DNA from: an uncultured archaeon
GTDB lineage: Archaea > Aenigmatarchaeota > Aenigmatarchaeia > QMZP01 > QMZT01
Assembly: GCA_964346665.1 (NCBI GenBank)
Contig: CAYFVC010000067.1
Coordinates: 987-64,986 of the forward strand
DNA length: 64,000 nucleotides
Direction: 5' to 3'
In this document: positions 1 through 10,010 of the stretch, piece by piece
Position numbering within the stretch: position 1 is the stretch's first letter
How the letters are laid out: every line of letters starts with the position of its first letter
Notes under the pieces: model-generated
What the model saw: the letters and a program-made list of their open reading frames with translations, nothing else
Told to the model about the DNA's origin: nothing
Databases searched by the model: none
Translations under genes and position numbers: made by a program

Positions 1-71
1 ACGAGGTTTTCAGGAGTTCTCATAATTAAATATATGACCAGGATTGAATTTATTACCTTGTTTCGCTAGAT

Positions 72-377
72 TCACGAAACCTCAATCTGGTCGCCCGGGA
101 AACCGAGCTTCACAAGTATTTCCTTTATCTTTCTCCTGTGGTCTCCTTGAAGTTCGATCACACCATTCTTCATCGTCCCGCCGCACGCAAGCCTAGTTTT
201 CAATTCCTTCAAGATTCCTTTGTAATCCACGTCCCTGCTCATCCCTTCGATTATAGTCACTCTTTTGCCGAATCTCTTTTTAGTGGAGGAAACCTTTATC
301 TTCACCTCCTCCTTTGCGATGGTTTCGCATGCGCAGATGTCTTTCGGAAGACCGCAGTTTGGACAAATCTCCGTCAT
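72..377 (-). CDS. Translation initiation factor SUI1/aIF1 homolog
   Basis: The 101-aa ORF has SUI1-like length and sequence (CPNCGLP...C zinc knuckle at the N-terminus, [16 protein letters not shown] core). Its position directly after rpl29 is typical of archaeal operons. Confidence 0.8.
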   Translation of the reverse strand: MTEICPNCGLPKDICACETIAKEEVKIKVSSTKKRFGKRVTIIEGMSRDVDYKGILKELKTRLACGGTMKNGVIELQGDHRRKIKEILVKLGFPGDQIEVS

Positions 378-444
378 CTTTTGATCCCACTCTCCTTTAT
401 TTCAAAAATCGAACATCCAGATTTCGTAAAATCTAAAGCCCCTT

Positions 445-651
445 TCATTCTCCCCTTTTCTCACTCTTAATAGTTTTTATCCTGGCAATCGTCCTTCGAA
501 TTTCTTTCAGCCTGCCAGGAGAGGTTACACTTGCCCCTATATGCACGTTGGCTTTTTCCTTAGAAAGTTCCAAATTGAGTTCTTTCGTTTGCTTTTCGAG
601 TTCCTTTTCATCCATCTTTCTCAATTCTTTCATTCTCAATATCGCCATCAA
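445..651 (-). CDS. rpl29: 50S ribosomal protein L29 (uL29)
   Basis: The 68-aa coiled-coil basic protein (MKELRKMDEKELEKQTKELNLEL) has the uL29 signature. It follows rps3 in the conserved operon order. Confidence 0.8.
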   Translation of the reverse strand: MMAILRMKELRKMDEKELEKQTKELNLELSKEKANVHIGASVTSPGRLKEIRRTIARIKTIKSEKRGE

Positions 652-657
652 AACAAC

Positions 658-1293
658 CTATTTCTTTTTATTTTTGGATTTCTCCTTTTTATCCTTTTCC
701 TTTTCCAAGTCCTCCGCTATCAGGGGCATGGATTTCATTATCCTGACCTGAACGCCTATTTTCCCTGGCTTCGTGTCAGCCTCATCGAATCCGTAGTCAA
801 CCAGCTCTTTCGCAGGCTGGCCGCAGTGTTTCAGATACCCATATGTGAATTTCCCTCTCCTCCCTTTCGAGCCTCCGAGCTTCCCGGAGATAATGATCTC
901 CGTTCCTATCGCCCCAGCATCCATCACCCTTTTCAACATTATGTTCCCGATCTTTTTGTAGTTGTACCCTCTTTTTAACGCTGATGTTATCTTTTTCGCA
1001 ACGATTTTTGCATCCAAGTCGGGGTTTTCGATTGATTTGACATCAACTTGAGGATTTTCGAGTTTGAATTTCTCCTTAAGACTGTCAGTCATCTCATTTA
1101 TCTTCCTTCCACCCGCGCCTATTATCCTTCCGGGTCTGTCTGTGTGTATTATGATCTTAACGCCCAAAGGCGTTCTTTCGAGCTCGATTTTCGAATAGCT
1201 TTCCTCAGGGAAATAACCCCTTATGAATTCCTCTATCTTTGTCTTCCTTATTGCGTAGTCCACGAAAAAGCTTTTTATCAACATCAAAATCAC
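658..1293 (-). CDS. rps3: 30S ribosomal protein S3 (uS3)
   Basis: It has a KH domain motif (GRIIGAGGRKINE), a uS3 C-terminal domain and a lysine-rich tail. It lies between rpl22 and rpl29. Confidence 0.9.
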   Translation of the reverse strand: MILMLIKSFFVDYAIRKTKIEEFIRGYFPEESYSKIELERTPLGVKIIIHTDRPGRIIGAGGRKINEMTDSLKEKFKLENPQVDVKSIENPDLDAKIVAKKITSALKRGYNYKKIGNIMLKRVMDAGAIGTEIIISGKLGGSKGRRGKFTYGYLKHCGQPAKELVDYGFDEADTKPGKIGVQVRIMKSMPLIAEDLEKEKDKKEKSKNKKK

Positions 1294-1673
1294 TTTTGCT
1301 GTAAAACAACCTGTATGTTCGTCATCTTCCTCCTTGTCCTCCTCATTTTCAACCTTCTGGGTCTCATGAAAGTAAAGCCCTTGTGAGCGGAAGCAAATAT
1401 CACCAACCTGCTCGTGTCCAAGCCCTTGAATTCCGCGTTCGCTTCCGCGGATTTTATAACATTCAATATTCCCTTACAAGAGTTCGTATAATACTTCCCC
1501 TCCAGGCTCCTTTTCTGATTAATCAGATCTTCCAAAAGTCTTTTGCCCTTTGTAAGATTCTTTCCGCTTATCATTCTGCAAACAACGGTTGAGCTCTTAG
1601 TGGATATTCTTAATGCTCTACCATACGCCATAGCTGACTTCTTCGGATTAAGGTTAAGCGCGTAGTTTGTCAT
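1290..1673 (-). CDS. rpl22: 50S ribosomal protein L22 (uL22)
   Basis: The 127-aa protein has the uL22 beta-hairpin region. Its position between rps19 and rps3 is conserved, and the ATGA-type overlap with rps3 suggests translational coupling. Confidence 0.85.
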   Translation of the reverse strand: MTNYALNLNPKKSAMAYGRALRISTKSSTVVCRMISGKNLTKGKRLLEDLINQKRSLEGKYYTNSCKGILNVIKSAEANAEFKGLDTSRLVIFASAHKGFTFMRPRRLKMRRTRRKMTNIQVVLQQK

Positions 1674-1677
1674 AACA

Positions 1678-2073
1678 TCACTTCAACGGGACGAATTTAG
1701 AAGACCTTGTTGCCCCGAAACCAGGGGCTGAATGCTTCACGCCCTTTCTCGTCATCACGAATTCCCCCAGCCTGTATCCGAGCATTTCAGGTTTGATCTC
1801 AAAGGAAACGTATTCCTTTCCGTTGTGAACCCCTATCTTAACTCCAACCATTTCAGGGAGTATTATCATCTCCCTACACCTTGTCCTGTGGAATTTCTTG
1901 GGGTCTTTCCTTACCTTTTCGAGCAACTTTTTCTGTCTTTCGGTCAGCCCGCGTTTCAACGCTCTCCTCTGCCTGGATTTCAAGAGAAGGCTGAATTCCT
2001 CCAAATTCATTTCCTTTACTTCTTCCAAAGATTTTCCTCGGAATGCGAATTTCGCCATATATATCACCATCAC
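1678..2073 (-). CDS. rps19: 30S ribosomal protein S19 (uS19)
   Basis: It carries the uS19 core ([13 protein letters not shown] and nearby residues). The true start is probably an internal Met (MAKFAFRG). It follows rpl2. Confidence 0.9.
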   Translation of the reverse strand: MMVIYMAKFAFRGKSLEEVKEMNLEEFSLLLKSRQRRALKRGLTERQKKLLEKVRKDPKKFHRTRCREMIILPEMVGVKIGVHNGKEYVSFEIKPEMLGYRLGEFVMTRKGVKHSAPGFGATRSSKFVPLK

Positions 2074-2741
2074 GTTTTCCCTTTCTTCTTCCCTGTCCTC
2101 CTAGCTCCCCATGACCCAACCTTCGCTCCAGGAGGAGCGTGTTTGCTCACGGTCATGGGCTTACCAGGTTTTGTAGGACCTCCGAATGGGTGGTCGATCG
2201 CGTTCATAGCAACGCCCGAGGTCCTGGGGTAAAGTTTCCCCTTCTTATGCATAACAATCCATTTCTTTCCCGCCTTAACAAATGGTTTCTCCCTGAACCC
2301 CTCTCCTGCAGGCATTCCCAAGCTTGCCCTGCATTCGGGATTCAAATCCTTTGTCTTCTTCGAAGGTAGTTGTATAACACATTTCCCTTTTGTTTTGGAA
2401 ACAAGTATCGCGAATGAGCCAGGGGCATTGCATAACCTCGGGCCTGAATTCGGGAATGTTTCGATTCCGAAGATTTGGGCTCCAACAGGGATTTTCGAAA
2501 GCGGTGAAACGAAATCCGCCCTGTCCCCCACTTTCAATCCTTTGGGAGCTATAAGGTAGTCTTGCGAACCATCCGAATACCTGACCCTTGCAGCAGGCGA
2601 ATTCCTTCCTGAATCGTTTATGATATCTATAACTTCACCATCCATGTTCTTGTAAGTGATTTCGATCGTTTTCCCCCTTTTCGGGACTCTGTAAGTGGGA
2701 GAACCTCTTCCTCTCCTTTGCGAAATTATCCTCTTTCCCAT
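2070..2741 (-). CDS. rpl2: 50S ribosomal protein L2 (uL2)
   Basis: uL2 motifs are present (GGGxxKPR-like region with the conserved His, [11 protein letters not shown], and a C-terminal basic tail). Confidence 0.9.
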   Translation of the reverse strand: MGKRIISQRRGRGSPTYRVPKRGKTIEITYKNMDGEVIDIINDSGRNSPAARVRYSDGSQDYLIAPKGLKVGDRADFVSPLSKIPVGAQIFGIETFPNSGPRLCNAPGSFAILVSKTKGKCVIQLPSKKTKDLNPECRASLGMPAGEGFREKPFVKAGKKWIVMHKKGKLYPRTSGVAMNAIDHPFGGPTKPGKPMTVSKHAPPGAKVGSWGARRTGKKKGKT

Positions 2742-2742
2742 A

Positions 2743-3060
2743 TTATATCATCCCCAATTTCGAAGCGATGTCAGCGGCTGAAAAATCCGGATGTATTTTT
2801 ACGAACGCCTTTTTTTGACCACGTGTCGTTATCTCCGTTCGCACCCATTCAACTTTCACTTCAAACTCCTTCTCAACAGCCCCCTTTATTTCATCCTTAT
2901 CCGCCTTTTTATCAACTATGAACACCAGTTTATTCTCGAGTTCAACCATGTTCATTGATTTTTCAGTTAAATGGGGATACACAAGGATATCCCATGCGTT
3001 TTTCCCACCTTTCACTTCTTCTTCAACGAGCTTGTCTTTACTTTCCTTTTTCTCTGCCAT
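2743..3060 (-). CDS. rpl23: 50S ribosomal protein L23 (uL23)
   Basis: The 105-aa ORF has a uL23 fold signature (VFIVDKKADKDEIKGAVEKEFEVKV). It lies between rpl4 and rpl2. Confidence 0.85.
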   Translation of the reverse strand: MAEKKESKDKLVEEEVKGGKNAWDILVYPHLTEKSMNMVELENKLVFIVDKKADKDEIKGAVEKEFEVKVEWVRTEITTRGQKKAFVKIHPDFSAADIASKLGMI

Positions 3061-3850
3061 TTAAATCCATCTCCTTTATAGCTGACTTCGTGAATATCGC
3101 GAATCTCCCCGGATGCGTTCCGGGCGCTAACAAACTCACGTCCAATTCCTTCACTAGGGAAACATCAATTCCAGGCACGTTCTCCAAAGCTCTACGAACG
3201 CCCTCGTCCTTTTCTATTACCACCAAAGGACCCCTCTTAGTTCGGTATCTCCTCCCCCTTACCTTCCCTTTACCTGACCTCACCTTCTTCTTTTCACATC
3301 TTTTCATTTCCTCTCCCAAGCCAAATTTCTCAAGTATTTTAATCACTTCTGAGGTCTTGTTGATTTTCTGGAACCCATCCTCGAGCACGATGGGGACGTG
3401 CTTCGCCTTCGAAATCCTATGACCCCTTTTCAGAACCATATCCTTGTCAAGGGTCGCAGCCAACGCGGATTTCAAGGCCTTCATTCGTTCCTTCTTGTTT
3501 ATTTTCAAAGTCCATTTCTTCCAGGACTTTGGGGGGTGCGCCTTCCTTCCTTTCACAGCTTGAGGAACAACCCTTGCGGTCAGATTGAGAAAACCATGAC
3601 CATGAATCCTTCTCATACGGGCGAGCTCCCTGTTCATCTGCGAGTCCCTTCGACTCCTTCTCCCGTGGTAATGAGCGGAGCTCCTGTGACCCGCTAAAGG
3701 ATCGCTTCCGTATACCTGCCTCAGTTTGCTGACCTCCGCAAGCACCGCCCTTTGTATGAGATCTTTTCGAACTTTTTCCATGAAAGCTTGGGGTAAGGAA
3801 ATCCTTCCCTTCTCCTTCCCGTTCAAATCGAATACAGGCAACGTATGCAT
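3038..3850 (-). CDS. rpl4: 50S ribosomal protein L4 (uL4)
   Basis: It shows uL4 (L1e-type archaeal) features. The start is probably the internal Met (MHTLPVFDLNG), so the tool ORF is trimmed at its 5' end. No rpl3 lies upstream. Confidence 0.85.
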   Translation of the reverse strand: MHTLPVFDLNGKEKGRISLPQAFMEKVRKDLIQRAVLAEVSKLRQVYGSDPLAGHRSSAHYHGRRSRRDSQMNRELARMRRIHGHGFLNLTARVVPQAVKGRKAHPPKSWKKWTLKINKKERMKALKSALAATLDKDMVLKRGHRISKAKHVPIVLEDGFQKINKTSEVIKILEKFGLGEEMKRCEKKKVRSGKGKVRGRRYRTKRGPLVVIEKDEGVRRALENVPGIDVSLVKELDVSLLAPGTHPGRFAIFTKSAIKEMDLNGREKGK

Positions 3851-3867
3851 ACACAAACCTCGCAAAT

Positions 3868-3900
3868 GACAATATTTATGTTAGGTTAATTTATAAATAT
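3868..3900 (+). promoter_or_regulatory. A/T-rich TATA-like element (aatatttatg...ttaatttataaatat) upstream of the small ORF at 3905
   Basis: It was read directly from the sequence. The consensus used is archaeal BRE/TATA-like TTTATAAA. Confidence 0.25.
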
Positions 3901-3904
3901 ATAT

Positions 3905-4132
3905 ATGGCAATCAAAAGAGACGAGGTCCACCCGGTTGAGATCAACAAAAAGCTGACCTTGATAATTTCTTTAGTATTTCTGATAGCAGTCCTTTTGCTG
4001 ATCTACCTGATCACTTACTCATTCGTTAATCTCGACCCGTTCATAACCCTCATACTGGTAATAGTTCTGATGATAGTTGTTGTGGTGGGGATATTCGCAC
4101 TGGACGTCTCAACATTCAGGGAAGTTCACTAA
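3905..4132 (+). CDS. Small membrane protein (2 predicted TM helices), hypothetical
   Basis: The 75-aa ORF is mostly hydrophobic (LTLIISLVFLIAVLLLIYLI; ILVIVLMIVVVVGIFAL). An A/T-rich TATA-like element lies just upstream. Confidence 0.35.
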   Translation: MAIKRDEVHPVEINKKLTLIISLVFLIAVLLLIYLITYSFVNLDPFITLILVIVLMIVVVVGIFALDVSTFREVH

Positions 4133-4136
4133 TTCC

Positions 4137-4862
4137 CTATTCCAACATCTCCAGAAATTCTTTCTCCATGAAATGGAGCTTTCCAGGGATTACAATCACA
4201 GCCGGGGGAGATAAATCCATCCCGATCAAATCCTCTACCTTTCCGTAAACGATCCTTTCGTGATCTGATCCGAGTTTCGAACAAAGGACAGCATGTTTCA
4301 AGATTTTATTCTTCTTTCTCCTCTCCATACCCTTCAGGATTTCGAGCGCTTCTTTCGTCCCCATTTCCCTGTCGAGAAGGAGCAAGGTGTGCAAACCTTT
4401 CGAAAGGTTTTCCTTGATTACATCGTAAAACCCTAGACTTTTGTAACCCTTTCTCGGGGTTATTATAGTCGCGGTTCTCCCGAATTTGTATATCTGTAAT
4501 CCTGTCCTAGCAATGGTAGTGTATATCGAAGAGGAATGAACGATTTCTATGGGTATGTTCGCTTTCTTTGCGTCAATAATCAAATGAATATGCGTGGTCG
4601 CCACAAGCGGATCGCCCGGGACGAGGAGAACGATATCTTTCGACCTCGCCTCCTTCAGGATTTTGTCCGATCCCTCCTCCACATCTTTCCTCTCGAGGAC
4701 TTTTACCTTCTTACTGATCAGTTTCTCCAGGTTTTTCAAATCCCCTCCCCAGTATGCCGTGTACAATTCGCAGTAAACAGAATCCGATTGCTTGCAAACT
4801 TCGATGCCGCGGAGCGAGATGTCCTTCTCGTTCCACACTCCTAGTCCGACAAGGTAGAACAT
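4137..4862 (-). CDS. dphB: Diphthine synthase (tetrapyrrole-methylase fold)
   Basis: The MFYLVGLGV N-terminus and the GDPLVATTH motif are characteristic of class III SAM methyltransferases and of DphB. The 241-aa length is typical. Confidence 0.85.
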   Translation of the reverse strand: MFYLVGLGVWNEKDISLRGIEVCKQSDSVYCELYTAYWGGDLKNLEKLISKKVKVLERKDVEEGSDKILKEARSKDIVLLVPGDPLVATTHIHLIIDAKKANIPIEIVHSSSIYTTIARTGLQIYKFGRTATIITPRKGYKSLGFYDVIKENLSKGLHTLLLLDREMGTKEALEILKGMERRKKNKILKHAVLCSKLGSDHERIVYGKVEDLIGMDLSPPAVIVIPGKLHFMEKEFLEMLE

Positions 4863-4930
4863 AAGTAGATTTTCGTTAAAGATTTAAATAATATTTATTA
4901 CGAAGAGTTACAAAATTTAATATGGGTTAA

Positions 4931-5956
<1,026 letters not shown>

Positions 5957-6005
5957 GCTTTTCGTAATAAACTTTTTATAACAACTAACGAAATTTTAAT
6001 AACTT

Positions 6006-6998
6006 ATGAAAGTAGAAGAATGGTTCGTTAAAAACAGGTTCAAATACAAGAGTTTTTCCCACATCAAAAGATTGGTTAAATTTAAAAATAAGCAAAAAGA
6101 GACGATAAGCGTTCTAATTCCCACTTTAAACGAGGAAAAGACAATAGGAAGGGTGGTGAGGATCCTAAAATCCGGTTTGATGGACAGACACGGGCTCATC
6201 GATGAGATAATAGTTATTGATTCTCACAGCACGGACAAAACTAGAGAAATAGCGGAAGAAGCAGGAGCGACAGTTTACATTGACAGCCAAATTTTGAAAA
6301 AACGGGGAAATTGGAGGGGCAAGGGAGAAGCCCTTTGGAAGGGATTGTACATTTCGAACGGTAGTATTGTATGCTGGGTCGATGCCGACATAAGAAACAT
6401 TCATTCGAGGTTTGTTTACGGCCTTGTAGGACCCTTGCTCACCCATCCGAAAATAAGATTTGTCAAACCGTACTACAAGAGACCGTTAAAGGTAGGGGAC
6501 AAACTCCAGCCCCTGGGGGGCGGGAGGGTCACCGAACTCCTGATAAGACCAATGCTCAACATGTATTTCCCGAGACTTTCCGGTTTTACACAACCGCTTA
6601 GCGGAGAGGCTGCCGCAAGGAGGACAGCCTTGGAAAAAATACCGTATTTCACAGGATACGGTGTTGAGACAGGTATGATGATAGATACCGTGAAAAAGTT
6701 CGGCCTTAATTCAATAGCCCAGGTAGATCTGGTAAGGAGGGTGCACAGAAATCAGGAGTTGTCTGGTCTCAGCAACATGGCCTTCGGAATTTTACAGGTT
6801 CTAGTTAAGAGAGCCAACACTTTGGGTAAGCTGATACTTGTTAAAAAGATAAAAAACAAATATAGGATTATAGAGAGGCGTGATGGTGAGTATCACCTGA
6901 AACACAAAATAATAACCGAAAGGGAAAGGCCGCCAATGATCACCCTGCAAGAATACAGAAAAAAGTTTAAAAAATATCCAAAGTGGCTTTACGTATGA
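6006..6998 (+). CDS. GT81-family glycosyl-3-phosphoglycerate synthase-like glycosyltransferase (GpgS/MpgS-like)
   Basis: It has a GT-A fold start (ISVLIPTLNEE), a DxD-like VDAD motif and a GKGEAL motif typical of retaining GpgS-type enzymes. The adjacent phosphatase supports the call. Confidence 0.6.
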   Translation: MKVEEWFVKNRFKYKSFSHIKRLVKFKNKQKETISVLIPTLNEEKTIGRVVRILKSGLMDRHGLIDEIIVIDSHSTDKTREIAEEAGATVYIDSQILKKRGNWRGKGEALWKGLYISNGSIVCWVDADIRNIHSRFVYGLVGPLLTHPKIRFVKPYYKRPLKVGDKLQPLGGGRVTELLIRPMLNMYFPRLSGFTQPLSGEAAARRTALEKIPYFTGYGVETGMMIDTVKKFGLNSIAQVDLVRRVHRNQELSGLSNMAFGILQVLVKRANTLGKLILVKKIKNKYRIIERRDGEYHLKHKIITERERPPMITLQEYRKKFKKYPKWLYV

Positions 6999-7798
6999 AA
7001 TTCGTAATCTTCACAGACCTTGACGGAACCTTACTTGACCCTAAGACTTATTCTTTCCAGAAAGCTTTGCCAACCCTGAAATTGATAAAAAAATTAAAAA
7101 TACCCCTTATTTTTTGCACGAGTAAGACGCGAGCTGAAACCGAACTTTACAGAAAGAAAATCGAAAACAAAGACCCGTTTATAGTCGAGAATGGTGGCGC
7201 AATATTTATACCAAGAAACTACTTTGATTTCGAAATAAAATACGATCAGATCGATGGCGAATACTTTGTGATAAAACTAGGAGTGGAATACGAAAAATTG
7301 AGAAAGGTATTGGAATCTATAAAAAACAAAGGTATCGAAATAACCGGTTTCGGGGACATGAACCCAAAGGAAATCCATGAACACTGCGGCCTTCCATTAG
7401 AGCAGGCAGAGCTAGCGAAACAGAGGGAATTCGATGAGGCTTTCAAGCCCGTTAATGAAGAGGACGAGAAAGAGATTTCGAGAATCATAAAGCAAAAAGG
7501 ATTGAACTTCGTTAAAGGAGGGACTTGTTTTCATATCACGGGAAAGAACGACAAGGGGAAGGCCGTGAAAATCCTGACAGATTTATACAGGGAGAAATAT
7601 AAAAAAATTATAACGTGCGGACTTGGTGACTCGGAAAACGATTTCGAAATGTTAGAGGTTGTTGACAAGGCATACATAATTCAAAAACCGGACGGTTCAT
7701 TCATTTCTGAAAGGTTCGAAAGGGTTGATGGTGTTGGTCCTATAGGGTGGAACAAAGCGATATCGAAGTTATTCAAATTTATAGAAAAGAAGATATAA
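6983..7798 (+). CDS. HAD-IIB phosphatase, mannosyl/glucosyl-3-phosphoglycerate phosphatase-like
   Basis: It has a HAD motif I (FTDLDGTLL) and a C-terminal GDSEND motif. The size and the 16-nt overlap with the upstream GT81 gene point to an operon partner. Confidence 0.65.
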   Translation: MALRMKFVIFTDLDGTLLDPKTYSFQKALPTLKLIKKLKIPLIFCTSKTRAETELYRKKIENKDPFIVENGGAIFIPRNYFDFEIKYDQIDGEYFVIKLGVEYEKLRKVLESIKNKGIEITGFGDMNPKEIHEHCGLPLEQAELAKQREFDEAFKPVNEEDEKEISRIIKQKGLNFVKGGTCFHITGKNDKGKAVKILTDLYREKYKKIITCGLGDSENDFEMLEVVDKAYIIQKPDGSFISERFERVDGVGPIGWNKAISKLFKFIEKKI

Positions 7799-7805
7799 TC
7801 TTATT

Positions 7806-9278
7806 ATGAATTATGAGGGTGAAATTGGAGGCGTGGTGGAGAGAAACAACGAAAGGGTTTTGCTTATCGATGCCGAAAAACCTATGGGTGATTCAAAGAA
7901 ATACAACAATAGATATGTGTGTTTAGTGAAAATAAACGAAAATATTTACAAAAAACTTGAAAAACTGTATATAAAAAATGCAATCGAAGGGGTAAGGAAG
8001 ATCGATGGGAAGAAAAATTTTTTAACAAGGATTCAAAAGATTTTGGATTCCAAGTTTGAGCTCATGGCAGACAAGGACTTCTTCTTCTTTTTGTCTCCAG
8101 GGTTTTTGAACAGATTCAAGAATTTTCGTATGGTTAAGAAAGGAGCTAAATGTTTAAATGAAGTAGGAGAGAAAGATGTGAGAAGAATCGAGGGATTGAA
8201 ATCAAAAGATCCTAGAAAGGTTGAAAAAACAATCGAAATGCTAGGAGAGATACGATCGGAATTGTCGGAAGTGAAGAAATGGAAATGGATTTTGAAGAAA
8301 TCCAACGTTAGAATTGCCCTTATATTCCCTTTTTACAACGAACCGAGCGTGATCGAAAACGTAAGGGATGTCTGGGATTTGATAGAAGAGGGGATAGTCG
8401 AGGAAATAATTATCGCGGATGGATGGTCTGATAACCCATCAGCGGATGTCATCAAACGAAGGCTGGATGCTCCCCTTACCGTTGTAAAAAACCCCGGAAC
8501 AGGCAAAGGAGAGGCCTTGGAATCCGCTGTAAAATACGCCTTCCATCGAAAGTTTGATCTCGTGGTTTGTCTTGATTCAGATATAATACCACCCTTACAT
8601 AGGGTAAATGATATTCCGCCCCTGCCTTTGGACATAACATGCAACTTCTTCGCCAGAAATTTTATATCCATGTTTGTTAGGATGTTAAAAAAACATGGTA
8701 AAACAAAGGCTTTGAGAACGTACTATAAGGCGAGTTATATGAGAATACAGAAAAGGGGAGATATATTAATACCTCTAAGGTTCGGAGGAACTACGATTTA
8801 CGTGAAAAAATTGTACAAGATGCTGAAATTTAAATCGATTGATGAATTTCTATATCCTTTATCAGGGGAATACGCATTCAACCCTGAATTTCTTCTCAAG
8901 GAATTGTCTGTTTCGAGGGATCTTTTCGAACTCTTTGGAAGGAAATATCATGGTTCAGGCCTACCATCTGGTTTTACAATTGAGAATTTTTGGAATATCC
9001 TGATGGAAATAAAAGGATTGAATGTCGCTTTTTGCAACATGTTTATCCACCATCATACCCCAAGGAAGGAAAAGGTTAAAGACCCTCTAGCTTATGCAAA
9101 GCAGAGAGGAACCGTTACCATGGGAGCTTTTGGAGCAATCTTGCAATCCTTGCCTAGAGAAGAGGCAAAAAAATACGTTCGACATTTTGATTTTGATTTA
9201 TTCAGGCTCCCCAGACCAAAACTAAGGTTAGAGATTGATGGAAAAGGTGTAAAAAATATCAAGTTCATGAAGAATTGA
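7806..9278 (+). CDS. Two-domain protein: unknown N-terminal domain plus divergent GT81-like glycosyltransferase domain
   Basis: The central region (IALIFPFYNEPSVIE...GTGKGEALESAV...CLDSDII) parallels the upstream GT81 protein, including the GKGEAL motif. The N-terminal 170 aa and the C-terminal region are unassigned. Confidence 0.5.
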   Translation: MNYEGEIGGVVERNNERVLLIDAEKPMGDSKKYNNRYVCLVKINENIYKKLEKLYIKNAIEGVRKIDGKKNFLTRIQKILDSKFELMADKDFFFFLSPGFLNRFKNFRMVKKGAKCLNEVGEKDVRRIEGLKSKDPRKVEKTIEMLGEIRSELSEVKKWKWILKKSNVRIALIFPFYNEPSVIENVRDVWDLIEEGIVEEIIIADGWSDNPSADVIKRRLDAPLTVVKNPGTGKGEALESAVKYAFHRKFDLVVCLDSDIIPPLHRVNDIPPLPLDITCNFFARNFISMFVRMLKKHGKTKALRTYYKASYMRIQKRGDILIPLRFGGTTIYVKKLYKMLKFKSIDEFLYPLSGEYAFNPEFLLKELSVSRDLFELFGRKYHGSGLPSGFTIENFWNILMEIKGLNVAFCNMFIHHHTPRKEKVKDPLAYAKQRGTVTMGAFGAILQSLPREEAKKYVRHFDFDLFRLPRPKLRLEIDGKGVKNIKFMKN

Positions 9279-9308
9279 ACTTTTTTAACCAGTATTCTAA
9301 TTTTAGTT

Positions 9309-10010
9309 ATGAAAGCCGTGATACTAGCGGGCGGGAAGGGAGAAAGACTTCGACCTCTCACCCACAAAACCCCGAAGCCATTGCTCACTATAAAGGACAG
9401 GACGATCCTCGAGTACGTGATAGAATATCTTAAGAAACACGGCATCCGAGATATCATATTGACAATAGGGTACAAGGAGGATCAAATAAAAGAATTCTTC
9501 GGGAACGGGAAGAAATTCGGCGTGAAGATCGAATACTCCGTGGAGGAAAAACCCCTGGGAACAGCAGGCTGTTTAGTTCCGATAAAGAACAAACTGAAAG
9601 AAACCTTCATTCTGATAGGTGGGGACAACCTCACTAAACTGAATCTGAAAAAATTCATGGAGTTCCACAAGAAGAAAAAGGGAATCCTCACCGCTGCCCT
9701 GTTCGAATTCGAGGAGAAATCGAAATGGGGGATTTACAACCTGAAAAAGGACAAGTCCGTTCACGAATTCAAAGAAAAGCCAGTTTTCAAGCATACTGCT
9801 GGAACCATGATATTCTGTCTGGAGCCCGAGATTTTCGAGCACATCCCAAAAAAACCGAAAGGAGTCGTGAATCTCACAGACCACATAATTCCCGATCTGC
9901 TCAAGAAGGGAGTGAAAATATTCGGGTTCAAATTCAGCGATTTCTGGGAGGATATAGGAAACCACGACGATTACAAAAGGGTTAATAAGATTAAGGACAC
10001 TCTTTGCTAA
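9309..10010 (+). CDS. Sugar-phosphate nucleotidyltransferase (NDP-sugar pyrophosphorylase family)
   Basis: The N-terminus (MKAVILAGGKGERLRPLT) matches the G-x-G-x-R-L signature of NTP_transferase enzymes. Confidence 0.7.
   Translation: MKAVILAGGKGERLRPLTHKTPKPLLTIKDRTILEYVIEYLKKHGIRDIILTIGYKEDQIKEFFGNGKKFGVKIEYSVEEKPLGTAGCLVPIKNKLKETFILIGGDNLTKLNLKKFMEFHKKKKGILTAALFEFEEKSKWGIYNLKKDKSVHEFKEKPVFKHTAGTMIFCLEPEIFEHIPKKPKGVVNLTDHIIPDLLKKGVKIFGFKFSDFWEDIGNHDDYKRVNKIKDTLC

Noticed and set aside
541-978. Antisense or alternate-frame ORFs overlapping the ribosomal protein genes. Examples are 541-978, 1048-1386, 1732-2232 and 3447-3872. Similar shadow ORFs occur inside other genes, for example 5092-5472, 25254-25823 and 48337-48693.
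   Set aside because: They lie entirely within well-supported conserved genes on the opposite strand or frame. They have low-complexity or implausible composition and no independent start context. They are shadow ORFs.
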